Origin: Spirochaetota bacterium
GTDB taxonomy: Bacteria; Spirochaetota; UBA4802; JAFGJZ01
DNA: 32,562 nucleotides
Direction of reading: 5' to 3'
Assembly: GCA_023396665.1 (NCBI GenBank)
Contig: JAEWVL010000071.1
Coordinates: 1-32,562, forward strand
Shown here: in pieces, positions 16,271-24,118 of the stretch
How positions within the stretch are numbered: position 1 is the stretch's first letter
How the letters are laid out: every line of letters starts with the position of its first letter
Notes under the pieces: model-generated
Seen by the model: only the letters and a program-made list of their open reading frames with translations
Told to the model about the DNA's origin: nothing
Database searches by the model: none
Made by a program: the position numbers and the translations under genes

Positions 16271-18616
16271 TTACTCGATTGAAATGCAAACCGCGGTGAT
16301 ATCATCCGGAATGTCTTCCAGTTCGCTTGATTCAACCAGCTGGCTGATTTTTTCGATGATCACCTCTCCGCTGCCGGCCGCGTTTTCTGAAAGAAGGGTG
16401 ATGATCGGTTTTTCGCCAAGACTGTGCCCCGATTCCATGCGTATATCCACGAGTCCATCGGTGTAGAGAAAGAGCTTGTCTCCCGGTTCAATCGTAATGC
16501 TGCTTTCCATGTACGAGGGCTCGTTCATGACGCCAAGTATGTGGTTTCGCTGATGCAGAGACTGCACCGTTCTGCTCGCGTTCACATAGTGAAGCGGAAG
16601 ATTGTGACCCGCGTTCACATAACGAAGCAAACGGGTGCGGGGGTCATAAACGGCGATCAGCAGGGTGATTAGTTCGTGTCCGCGGTATTTCTCGATCAGG
16701 AATCTGTTTATATATTCCATCACTTCGGTGATTTCCTCTTCTTCTTTCATCAGTGCGTTTACCAGTGCCGCCGTTGTCGAATGAAGCATGGCTGCCGGCA
16801 AACCGTGTCCGGTGATGTCGCCGATGACAATTGCACTCCTGTTATCCGGGAGGGAGACGATGTCAAAATAGTCTCCCGTTACCTTGTTAAAGGGGCGCAG
16901 ATAAAAGGAGATGTCGATCCCCGATGATAGCGGCAACTCAACCGGAAAAAGGCGCATTTGAATGTATGATGCGTTGTCGAGTTCTTCTTCGTATTTGCCT
17001 TTCAGAAGATATTGCTGAAATAACAGTTCGTTTTCAATCATCTGGTAGATCAAAAGCGCTGCCGATTGCAGATAATGAAATTCGGCGCTGTAAAAGGGGG
17101 CGGCCTTTGACTTGTCACTTGCGAAGATGACACAGGGAATTTTTGATTCAAATTCAACAGGAATAATGATCGTGAACTGATCGCTGTTTTTCCCCTCAAA
17201 ATAGTTCACTTCGTAATTTTCGAAAATATAGTCTTTTCTTATTATATCCCGGTAGGTCTCATATTGTTTTGCCAGCGGGCTGGAAGCGTCAATATAGAAG
17301 AAAAACCGTTCATAGCGGTCAAGACGTGTGGTCATCGAATGGGATATGATTCCGATTTTCAAATGGGCGATTTCAAGCATCAAAAGCATTTGATTGAAAA
17401 TGGATTCCAGCCGTTTTTCGAGCGGTTTGGGCAAGACCGATATTTCGGCAATTAACTGCAGCGAAAGCGTCAGTTTGTCACCGGTGAGACTGTATTTCCC
17501 CCGCATGCGCTCAAGAATCAATGAACGCAGTAGTAATATTACCGAGGCGCTTGTGATATAGAGAATTGAATTGTGAATTGTCGTCACTTTCGATGTCAGA
17601 ATGTAAAAAAACAAACCGAGCGCAAGCGATGATATGAAGTCGACAATGAAACGAATATTGTAGACTGTCCTGATGACATATTCTGTCAGATGGCTCCGTT
17701 CGATAAAGCCTCTTCCGAGAGTAAGGGGAATAATGCAGGTGAACAGTGTAATCACCGGTGCCGGCACCGGAAAGTCAAAAAAAGTCGTGATCAGAAGTGT
17801 CAGCGCGGGGATAATTATCCCCCCGACGCTTGCAACGATTACGGTGAAGCTTGAGCCGAACTGATGACGTCGTGTGTGGTTTTTGTAGATACCGAAACAG
17901 GCGGCAAACACAAAAAGAAAAAGAAAAGAAATAAGGTAGAATTTGAATGACAGATCACTGGTCAGCGAAAAAGAAGTGAAAAGATGCAGAAGTAAAACAG
18001 CGAGCATTGCACATAACAGAACGAGTGACAAGGCCCTCCTTTTATTCGCAGAAAGATTGAGCATTTCACCGGTAGCGGAAAGCGCGAAGTAATAAAACGC
18101 GGCATGTGTCAGCAGTAGCAATATAATATTTCCCGTACAAATTATATCAACATAAGAGAATAGTACGGATCCGAGTATTATTGAGAAATATGCGTAGTAT
18201 TTCGCCGATTTGTTGATCTTCTTGACGAAAAAAATCACTACACCCCACAAAAGGTGTACGGTTCCAGTTACAACGAGTATGGTAAGGTAGATGAAAAGAT
18301 CAATGTTAAATGATCTGGAGATGAAGTGGAGTACAGTCGAGCCGTCTTGCTTTATCAGGGGAACTGTCCATGAGCTTCTGGCCGGTGTTTTCAGATGAAC
18401 GTCATGAAGCAGGTGCAGCAGCGACTCGTCACTTATTTGCGCCTTATACAGCGTGTCATTGTTGCCGAATTTGATGGTATTGGTAAGCATGTTGCCGTTC
18501 AGAAGCCGCGAAAAAGGGTATCTGGTACACAGGGTATATGCATTGCTCAGCATTATAATATTGATGATGGCAATTGCGATAAACACCGTTATTCTTCGAA
18601 ACAGGTTAGATCTCAT
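16271..18616 (-). CDS. Multi-pass membrane PP2C-family (SpoIIE/RsbU-type) serine phosphatase with an intervening GAF-like region
   Basis: Signal anchor, a ~80-aa extracytoplasmic segment and about 9 TM helices. The C-terminal domain has GDYFD, IGDITGHGLPAAM, VNAGHN, LYTDGLVD and PDDITAV. The ATG at 18614-18616 is preferred to the TTG at 18640. Confidence 0.85.
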   Translation of the reverse strand: MRSNLFRRITVFIAIAIINIIMLSNAYTLCTRYPFSRLLNGNMLTNTIKFGNNDTLYKAQISDESLLHLLHDVHLKTPARSSWTVPLIKQDGSTVLHFISRSFNIDLFIYLTILVVTGTVHLLWGVVIFFVKKINKSAKYYAYFSIILGSVLFSYVDIICTGNIILLLLTHAAFYYFALSATGEMLNLSANKRRALSLVLLCAMLAVLLLHLFTSFSLTSDLSFKFYLISFLFLFVFAACFGIYKNHTRRHQFGSSFTVIVASVGGIIIPALTLLITTFFDFPVPAPVITLFTCIIPLTLGRGFIERSHLTEYVIRTVYNIRFIVDFISSLALGLFFYILTSKVTTIHNSILYITSASVILLLRSLILERMRGKYSLTGDKLTLSLQLIAEISVLPKPLEKRLESIFNQMLLMLEIAHLKIGIISHSMTTRLDRYERFFFYIDASSPLAKQYETYRDIIRKDYIFENYEVNYFEGKNSDQFTIIIPVEFESKIPCVIFASDKSKAAPFYSAEFHYLQSAALLIYQMIENELLFQQYLLKGKYEEELDNASYIQMRLFPVELPLSSGIDISFYLRPFNKVTGDYFDIVSLPDNRSAIVIGDITGHGLPAAMLHSTTAALVNALMKEEEEITEVMEYINRFLIEKYRGHELITLLIAVYDPRTRLLRYVNAGHNLPLHYVNASRTVQSLHQRNHILGVMNEPSYMESSITIEPGDKLFLYTDGLVDIRMESGHSLGEKPIITLLSENAAGSGEVIIEKISQLVESSELEDIPDDITAVCISIE

Positions 18617-19943
18617 GTTCTGGTACCGAAAACACCGCAATCATACTGCGGGAGATGTCAATGTTCTTTGTATCGAAAACATTTACGATAGTGTTGATGA
18701 TGTCAGATGATTGTGGTACGGCCGGCAACAGTGACTTTATCAGTTGCAGATGAGTAAAGAAATAATAAGAAATGTGACGGTTTACAAAGATAAACAGATC
18801 GCCCTTCAGCAGTGTAAATTCATCCGTTTCGATTCGGCTGAATTCAGCATTGCGGTAAAGCCAGGGAACCGGCATGTCTTTTCTGGAAATTTCGGCCTTT
18901 CCGCTGCTGTCAAATTCGACAGCGAATATATTCGGGCTGACGTCGAAAAAGCCGTGTGTCATTATGATCTCATTCGTCTTTCTCATCGACTCGCTGATGC
19001 AATACCCTTTCGATGAATAAAAACGCAGCAGTGATGAGATGACAGGGAGAAAAATCAGAGTCGACTTATTGGAGTTACCGGTCCAGTAAGCGGTAAAATA
19101 GAGCGCGTTATTCTGTTCGAAGAAGTCGATGAATCTGTCAGAGTAGATGGTTTCCGTGTTGTAATACAGTTCAGCCTGTATGAAATCATTGCGAAATGTA
19201 TTAGCCGGCAGAAAATCCTTCTGTACACGTTTTTCAAGGTGTTTCTCCCGCTCGAGTTCTTTTTTTCTGGCAAGCTCTTTCCACAGGAAAGAATTTATCG
19301 AAAGAGCGGCAAATTTCGTACCGAAAAGTTTCAGCGCGTTGATTTCATTAGAGGTATAGGGGGTGGATCTTTTGCCGAAAACGAGAGCACCCATAAGCAG
19401 ATTTGAGTAAAACATCGGAATGATGATTTCAGCACCAAGTCGTTCCATTTCATGTCTGATATTTATTTCGAAGTTATGCGCATTTGTCAGCCGGCTCTTT
19501 ATCAGCACATCGTCAGGAGTATTGAGAACTTTCAGCAGAATGTTGTTATAATTCAAAAAGCCTTCCTGCTCAAGCGCATTTTTCTTTTTTGCATAAAGAA
19601 TATATTCTTCGTTTATCTTGTCATAAAATATCAGGCTTCCCGTTTTTACAGACAGAATGGAAAGAATCCGGTTGAATTTCTTTTCGAAAAACTCGGTGAC
19701 CGATTCGAAAGACAGAACCGAGTCGATGGTGTCGAGAAATATCTCGGGGTTCAGTTTTCGGTGTTTCGAGAAGGCCAGCGTTGAAACGATAAAATCGTAA
19801 AACGGTATTGTCATAAGAAAGATGATTACGGCGAGTGCGAAAAAATAGACTTCGTCTATTCCGAGGTGTTGTGCGGGTACCAATATCGCGAGCACCAGCG
19901 AACTGTAGAAAAAAGCCATAAGGCCGATAAGCGGGTATATCAT
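18606..19943 (-). CDS. Membrane protein with a GAF-like domain and a degenerate SpoIIE/PP2C-like domain (predicted pseudo-phosphatase)
   Basis: 445 aa. Two to three N-terminal TM helices, a GAF-like middle (LGAEIIIPMFYSNLLMGALVFGKR) and a coiled-coil linker. The PP2C-like region has SDRFIDFF, YWTGNSN and FIFVNRH where the paralog has GDYFD, GDITGHG and LYTDGL. ATGA overlap with tmk. Confidence 0.6.
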   Translation of the reverse strand: MIYPLIGLMAFFYSSLVLAILVPAQHLGIDEVYFFALAVIIFLMTIPFYDFIVSTLAFSKHRKLNPEIFLDTIDSVLSFESVTEFFEKKFNRILSILSVKTGSLIFYDKINEEYILYAKKKNALEQEGFLNYNNILLKVLNTPDDVLIKSRLTNAHNFEINIRHEMERLGAEIIIPMFYSNLLMGALVFGKRSTPYTSNEINALKLFGTKFAALSINSFLWKELARKKELEREKHLEKRVQKDFLPANTFRNDFIQAELYYNTETIYSDRFIDFFEQNNALYFTAYWTGNSNKSTLIFLPVISSLLRFYSSKGYCISESMRKTNEIIMTHGFFDVSPNIFAVEFDSSGKAEISRKDMPVPWLYRNAEFSRIETDEFTLLKGDLFIFVNRHISYYFFTHLQLIKSLLPAVPQSSDIINTIVNVFDTKNIDISRSMIAVFSVPEHEI

Positions 19944-20542
19944 CGACCACTCCCGGTCAAGGTGTCGAGATAATCCATAATATTCGCGTGAACAGCGTCA
20001 ATGGATCTGCTGCCGTCAATGATGATGAATTTCTCCGCTATCTTTACGTAGTTTGCACGTATCCGTTCAAGTTCCTCCCTCCTTTCAAAACACTGAAGAG
20101 AATCCCTGTTGCCGACCCGTTGCAGAGCTTCTTCGGGAGATATGTCGATGTAGAAGATGATATCGGGTTCGGGAAAATTTCTGCTCCGGTTTTCCCTGAG
20201 TATGTGTGCAATTTCAATATCATTGTTCGACTGATAGGCTGCATTGGAATAATAATAGCGATCAAGAACAACGCTTGTTCCGGCCTTCAGTGCTGGAAGA
20301 ATGTTCGTTGAGACATCGTAGGCACGGTCTTCTATGAACAGCTTTGTCAGATATTCCGCATCGGGGGAATTGCCCGATTGTATCAGTTCACGTATCCTGA
20401 TTCCGCTCTGCGCGTCAGTGGGTTCCCGTATAAAAATAGCCGGGGTATACTCATTCAGTTTATTTGCGAGAATTTTTGCCTGCGTCGTTTTCCCGCTGCC
20501 GTCAATGCCTTCGAAAAGTATGAATTGTGGAGATATCGACAT
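19940..20542 (-). CDS. tmk: Thymidylate kinase
   Basis: 200 aa. FILFEGIDGSGKTTQ P-loop, REPT and DRYYYSNAAYQ motifs. Confidence 0.94.
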   Translation of the reverse strand: MSISPQFILFEGIDGSGKTTQAKILANKLNEYTPAIFIREPTDAQSGIRIRELIQSGNSPDAEYLTKLFIEDRAYDVSTNILPALKAGTSVVLDRYYYSNAAYQSNNDIEIAHILRENRSRNFPEPDIIFYIDISPEEALQRVGNRDSLQCFERREELERIRANYVKIAEKFIIIDGSRSIDAVHANIMDYLDTLTGSGR

Positions 20543-20545
20543 TGA

Positions 20546-21307
20546 TCATTCGTCCAATGATGCTATTTCATGGCGGGCCTTTTCGCAATAAAGAGTACTA
20601 ACCTGCAGTATGGCGCCGACATGCGCAAGAAGACCGGCGAAGGGAATGCTGCTCAGAATGATGAATCCCGCTCCGGTTCCGGCAATCGCCCATTTATATT
20701 TCCAGAAAAGATAGACCCGTGTTTTGAATGAGAATCCGTAACGGGAAAAGACCAGTTCGTAGAAAGGAATCCCGCAAAAGACCAGGGTGAATATGATGAA
20801 AAACAGAAAGAAAACCGCTCCGCCGGCAAAAGGAATAAGATTAAGCGGCAGGAAGATGACGATGAGAAGCAGAACCAGCAAAGAGCTGCGCAGCAAAGCG
20901 AATGGGCTTCCCAGGAAAGCCAGCAGTCCCGTATGGGTTTCGATGTCATGTTTGATTTCGGTATGTTTGATCAGAGGCGGCAAGAATAAACCGATGATAA
21001 ATGACAGAAAACTGTAAAATGAATAAAATACCAGCAATGTCGCAAAAAAAACAAGCGGCGAGAGCATCCATCGGACAAAACGACCGGAGAGCGCAGTTCC
21101 GGCCGGCAACCATTTGGATGCGCCTGGAAAAACAAAGCGGACACACAGATAAGTTCCGAGCGCAAATGCGGCGCTTGAAAGCAGCAGAGGAAGAACAGAG
21201 CGGGCGATGAGTCCCCGGTCGGCTTTTAATTGTTCGAAAACCGATAAAACGCCTGCGATACTTCCCGTTATATCGCCTATTGGGCCGTTGCTTCGTTTAA
21301 TACGCAT
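20546..21307 (-). CDS. Polytopic membrane protein, possibly EI24/CysZ-like
   Basis: About 6 TM helices. The N-terminal GSIAGVLSVFEQLKADRGLIARSVLPLLLS and the LNLIPFAGG segment resemble the CysZ/EI24 family. The ATG at 21305-21307 is preferred to the TTG at 21358. The stop lies 3 nt before the tmk start. Confidence 0.4.
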   Translation of the reverse strand: MRIKRSNGPIGDITGSIAGVLSVFEQLKADRGLIARSVLPLLLSSAAFALGTYLCVRFVFPGASKWLPAGTALSGRFVRWMLSPLVFFATLLVFYSFYSFLSFIIGLFLPPLIKHTEIKHDIETHTGLLAFLGSPFALLRSSLLVLLLIVIFLPLNLIPFAGGAVFFLFFIIFTLVFCGIPFYELVFSRYGFSFKTRVYLFWKYKWAIAGTGAGFIILSSIPFAGLLAHVGAILQVSTLYCEKARHEIASLDE

Positions 21308-21561
21308 ATCTTTCACTTTTTGTGGAATCAGGAGTCCGGGCTTGAAAACAGTCAACACAACATGTAACGCAATACGGACGCGATTATGGCATATGGCCGC
21401 AAAAAGTCAACTACTAAAAGAAAGCAGTCTGTTTCGAACGGAGCGTTGTCATCATTTTCGCGGCAGTTTCCTTTTATGTCCGGAACCGTATTAGTTCGGA
21501 TTTTCCAATACGCCTGATTCACTTCTTTTCCTCGGATATCTTCTTCCAATCAGATTGAATT

Positions 21562-21652
21562 AGCAGTTTGCTGCTTAACAACAAACTGCTGAGCGGTACA
21601 TGGATGTACCGCCGTTAAGCTCGGCTTACTCCGATTATAAAGACGAGCTTAA
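21562..21652. repeat. Three consecutive perfect hairpins (candidate structured RNA or leader element)
   Basis: AGCAGTTTG (21562-21570) pairs with CAAACTGCT (21582-21590). GCGGTACA (21593-21600) pairs with TGTACCGC (21605-21612). TTAAGCTCG (21615-21623) pairs with CGAGCTTAA (21644-21652). All sit inside an ORF-poor divergent intergenic region. Confidence 0.5.
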
Positions 21653-21925
21653 TGCGAGTTTCGGCCAAACGCAACAAAGAAACCGCGAGGAGACTGTCAG
21701 TACAAAATTGTAACATGACTGCATCGCAAATAACATTTATGTGGGAATCATCTGTAAAATAACTGAGAGCAATAGTTAGACAATACAAAATTCCATAGTG
21801 GGAAAACGTCTGGCTTTACCATCTCTGCTCCTGAATGTTATCAGCATGTTAAAGATGTATCAAAATCGATGAATTAGTATCCGCATCCTTTCTCCCGATT
21901 ACATTTTCTATCCTGTCATTTCATC

Positions 21926-21941
21926 TGGCACGCAGATTGCA
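21926..21941 (+). promoter_or_regulatory. Sigma-54 (RpoN) -24/-12 promoter
   Basis: TGGCACGCAGATTGCA matches TGGCAC-N5-TTGCA at all 11 specified positions, with GG (21927-28) and GC (21939-40) 12 nt apart. It faces the APC permease ATG about 160 nt downstream. Confidence 0.7.
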
Positions 21942-22068
21942 AACATAGTGTGAATCAGTGCTGAACCGGGTTTTGAAATAACGCCATTGCTGCTCGGAGA
22001 GCAAGCGTTCACTCTTCATTTATGCTCGATGTTGCAGTGGAACTAAGGGTTCGAACAAATCTGTATGA

Positions 22069-22084
22069 TTGCACACCGGTGCAA
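22069..22084 (+). promoter_or_regulatory. Palindrome TTGCAC-ACCG-GTGCAA abutting the RBS of the permease gene (candidate operator or RNA hairpin)
   Basis: Perfect 6-bp arms with a 4-bp spacer, ending 1 nt before the AGAGGGGAGG RBS. Only the position is suggestive. Motifs this size occur by chance several times in 32 kb. Confidence 0.25.
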
Positions 22085-22101
22085 GAGGGGAGGATAAAGA
22101 G

Positions 22102-23484
22102 ATGTATCAGACAAAGAAACTGGGTTTCGTCTCGTCATTTTCGGTTGCTGTCGGACTTGTTGTCGCGTCAAGCACGCTGGTGACACTGGGACAGGGGATG
22201 GGAGCCGCAGGCGGAGGATTCATTTTCGCTATGGTTGCGGCGTGGCTTCTGCAATATTTTTCCGCGCAGAGTTTTGCCGAACTGACAACGGCAATGCCCA
22301 AGTCAGGAAGTATTAATGTGTATGCCCGTATGGCCATGGGCCCGGCAGCAGGTATTCTGTGTGTGCTTGCAGGATATGTCTACATGAGTTTTCTGACAGT
22401 TCCGGCCGAGTTGAGTGTAGCCGGTGCGGTTTTTAATGAGGTATTCGCCGCTGATTTCTCGCCGGCGCTGTTTGCTCTCATTCTTCTGGTGTTGTTCACT
22501 TTAGCCAACTTGCTCGGTGTTGATATTTTCGCCAAACTTCAGATAGTATTGACTGTGGCGATGATAGTATCCATGAGCGCTCTCGGTATAGTCGGGCTTC
22601 TCAACATCGGCAATACGGCGCCCTCGCTTCCATCCATGTCTTTCAATCCGATGGGTATTGGCGTGTTAAGCATGACCGCGCTCGCGATCTGGCTATACAT
22701 AGGAATAGAATTCGTCTGTCCCATGGTCGAGGAGATCAACAAGCCGGAACGCAATATTCCCTGGGCCATGTTCAGCGGATTGATAGTCATTTTCTTTGTG
22801 AATATTCTCTACGGCTTTGCCTCGATCAAGTATGTTCCGGCTGAATCGCTCGCTTCTTCGGATACTCCGCACATTCTTGCGGCGCAGGCGATTCTCGGCG
22901 GTGGCGGAAAAATCTGGATAGGTATCGTATCCATTCTTGCAACCGCAAGTTCGGTTAACACCTTTGTCGCTGTTATTCCCCGCATGCTTTACAGCATGGC
23001 CAAGGAAGGCGAAGCTCCAAAACTGTTCGCCGTGATTCACCCGAAATTCCGCACACCGTGGGTCGGTATCGTTCTGGTTTCTCTTGTGTACGGACTGCTT
23101 CTTTTCATGGGCATAGCGGGAATAGAAAAAATCATGATTCTCATAATGTCTGCAGCAGCATGCTGGCTACTTGTGTACATGATGGCTCATATAATCGTGA
23201 TAATCATGCGCTTCAAGTACCCGTCTCTCAAGCGTCCCTACAAGTCCAGACTGTATCCATTTCCGCAGATCGCCGGTAGTCTAGGAATTGTATATGCAAT
23301 ATGGGAAATCTGGCCGGATATGATAACCAGGATGGAAATATACAAATATGCGTTAGTGGCGATTGTGATCTGTGTCATTTACGCCCTTGTGTGGACAAAG
23401 TTCGTCATGAAAAGAAAAGCTTTCACTCCCGTCTCGCTGGAAGAGGAGATGGGCGCCGAGTTTGTGCGTTCTTCGATGGAATAG
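22102..23484 (+). CDS. APC-superfamily amino acid/amine permease
   Basis: About 12 TM helices. The N-terminal KKLGFVSSFSVAVGLVVASSTL and overall layout are typical of APC permeases. The ATG at 22102 is preceded by GGGGAGG. The TTG at 22069 is rejected. Confidence 0.88.
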   Translation: MYQTKKLGFVSSFSVAVGLVVASSTLVTLGQGMGAAGGGFIFAMVAAWLLQYFSAQSFAELTTAMPKSGSINVYARMAMGPAAGILCVLAGYVYMSFLTVPAELSVAGAVFNEVFAADFSPALFALILLVLFTLANLLGVDIFAKLQIVLTVAMIVSMSALGIVGLLNIGNTAPSLPSMSFNPMGIGVLSMTALAIWLYIGIEFVCPMVEEINKPERNIPWAMFSGLIVIFFVNILYGFASIKYVPAESLASSDTPHILAAQAILGGGGKIWIGIVSILATASSVNTFVAVIPRMLYSMAKEGEAPKLFAVIHPKFRTPWVGIVLVSLVYGLLLFMGIAGIEKIMILIMSAAACWLLVYMMAHIIVIIMRFKYPSLKRPYKSRLYPFPQIAGSLGIVYAIWEIWPDMITRMEIYKYALVAIVICVIYALVWTKFVMKRKAFTPVSLEEEMGAEFVRSSME

Positions 23485-23533
23485 TATGAATACTGACTGT
23501 CGGGATGCTGAATAAAAAGTACCGGAGGGGAAA

Positions 23534-24118
23534 ATGAAAACAAAAGCCGCGCTTGCCGCCGAAAGATATTTAGCCACTGTTGCGGATATGTTCATGCCGT
23601 TTTTAGGAAGAGCTAGCTGTGAAAACGGATGCACGTGTTTTTGTTTCCCCTCCATCGCAATAGACAGGGCCGAGTTATGTCAGAGAAAAAGGTCCCACCT
23701 TTTTGGAGGGTTCATAGGTCTGGAAGTGGTCGGCACAGTGAATACAGGTGTGAGTTTTCCGGAATCGAAAATGTCAATTTTGTATAAAGGCATGATGGTC
23801 AAGGGAGATGCTTATTTCAGAGTTATAGATGGTAATAAGAGCGCAATGCATGATGAATTGAACGCTAACAGTGATCTCATCAAAACGCTCTCAGAACTTG
23901 ATCTTGAACACGGTGAAGTGATCGTTTCAGAATCAGAAGTAAAAGTTTCCCTGGCTCCGCTTGGATCAACATACACGTATATGACTTTTCCACCAATGCA
24001 GCATGCCGGTTATTTCAACAAAAATGAAGCCGCTTTGTTGAGCAGAGCTCTTGATTTGATCGGGAAAACTGTTGTGAAAATGCCTGCGAGAAGCGGCACA
24101 AGGGAAGGCGTAAAATGA
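23534..24118 (+). CDS. Hypothetical protein with a Cys-rich N-terminal segment
   Basis: 194 aa. GGAGGGG RBS and ATGA overlap with the next gene support that it is translated. Contains SCENGCTCFCFPS. No family recognised. Confidence 0.5.
   Translation: MKTKAALAAERYLATVADMFMPFLGRASCENGCTCFCFPSIAIDRAELCQRKRSHLFGGFIGLEVVGTVNTGVSFPESKMSILYKGMMVKGDAYFRVIDGNKSAMHDELNANSDLIKTLSELDLEHGEVIVSESEVKVSLAPLGSTYTYMTFPPMQHAGYFNKNEAALLSRALDLIGKTVVKMPARSGTREGVK

Noticed and set aside
16271-19943. Compositional island / horizontal transfer
   Set aside because: Sampled 60-nt lines gave these GC counts: 17/60 at 18121-18180, 22/60 at 9301-9360 and 21/60 at 25501-25560, against 41/60 at 3301-3360 and 40/60 at 30421-30480. 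The AT-rich stretches coincide with Phe/Ile/Leu/Lys/Asn-rich membrane or regulatory proteins. No mobility genes, tRNA or flanking repeats are present. A proper sliding-window GC and tetranucleotide analysis would be needed.
21352-21549. 65-aa minus-strand ORF just upstream of the EI24-like gene, and the 95-aa + strand ORF at 21207-21494
   Set aside because: No motifs, odd composition and no convincing RBS. A small protein cannot be excluded without conservation or ribosome-profiling data.
21540-22060. tmRNA or tRNA in the long intergenic region (GGTTCGAAC T-loop-like string at 22048-22056; tag-like reading frames around the hairpins)
   Set aside because: There are no complementary T-stem arms or acceptor stem. 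Candidate tag frames end in Cys-Cys rather than a hydrophobic Ala-rich tail, and no GGGG...CCA termini are present.
21990-22095. Glycine-riboswitch-like strings (CTCGGAGAG and CACCGGTGCAA) upstream of the permease
   Set aside because: The spacing (about 75 nt) and the missing CUCAGGCAAAAGGAC-type elements do not fit the aptamer consensus.
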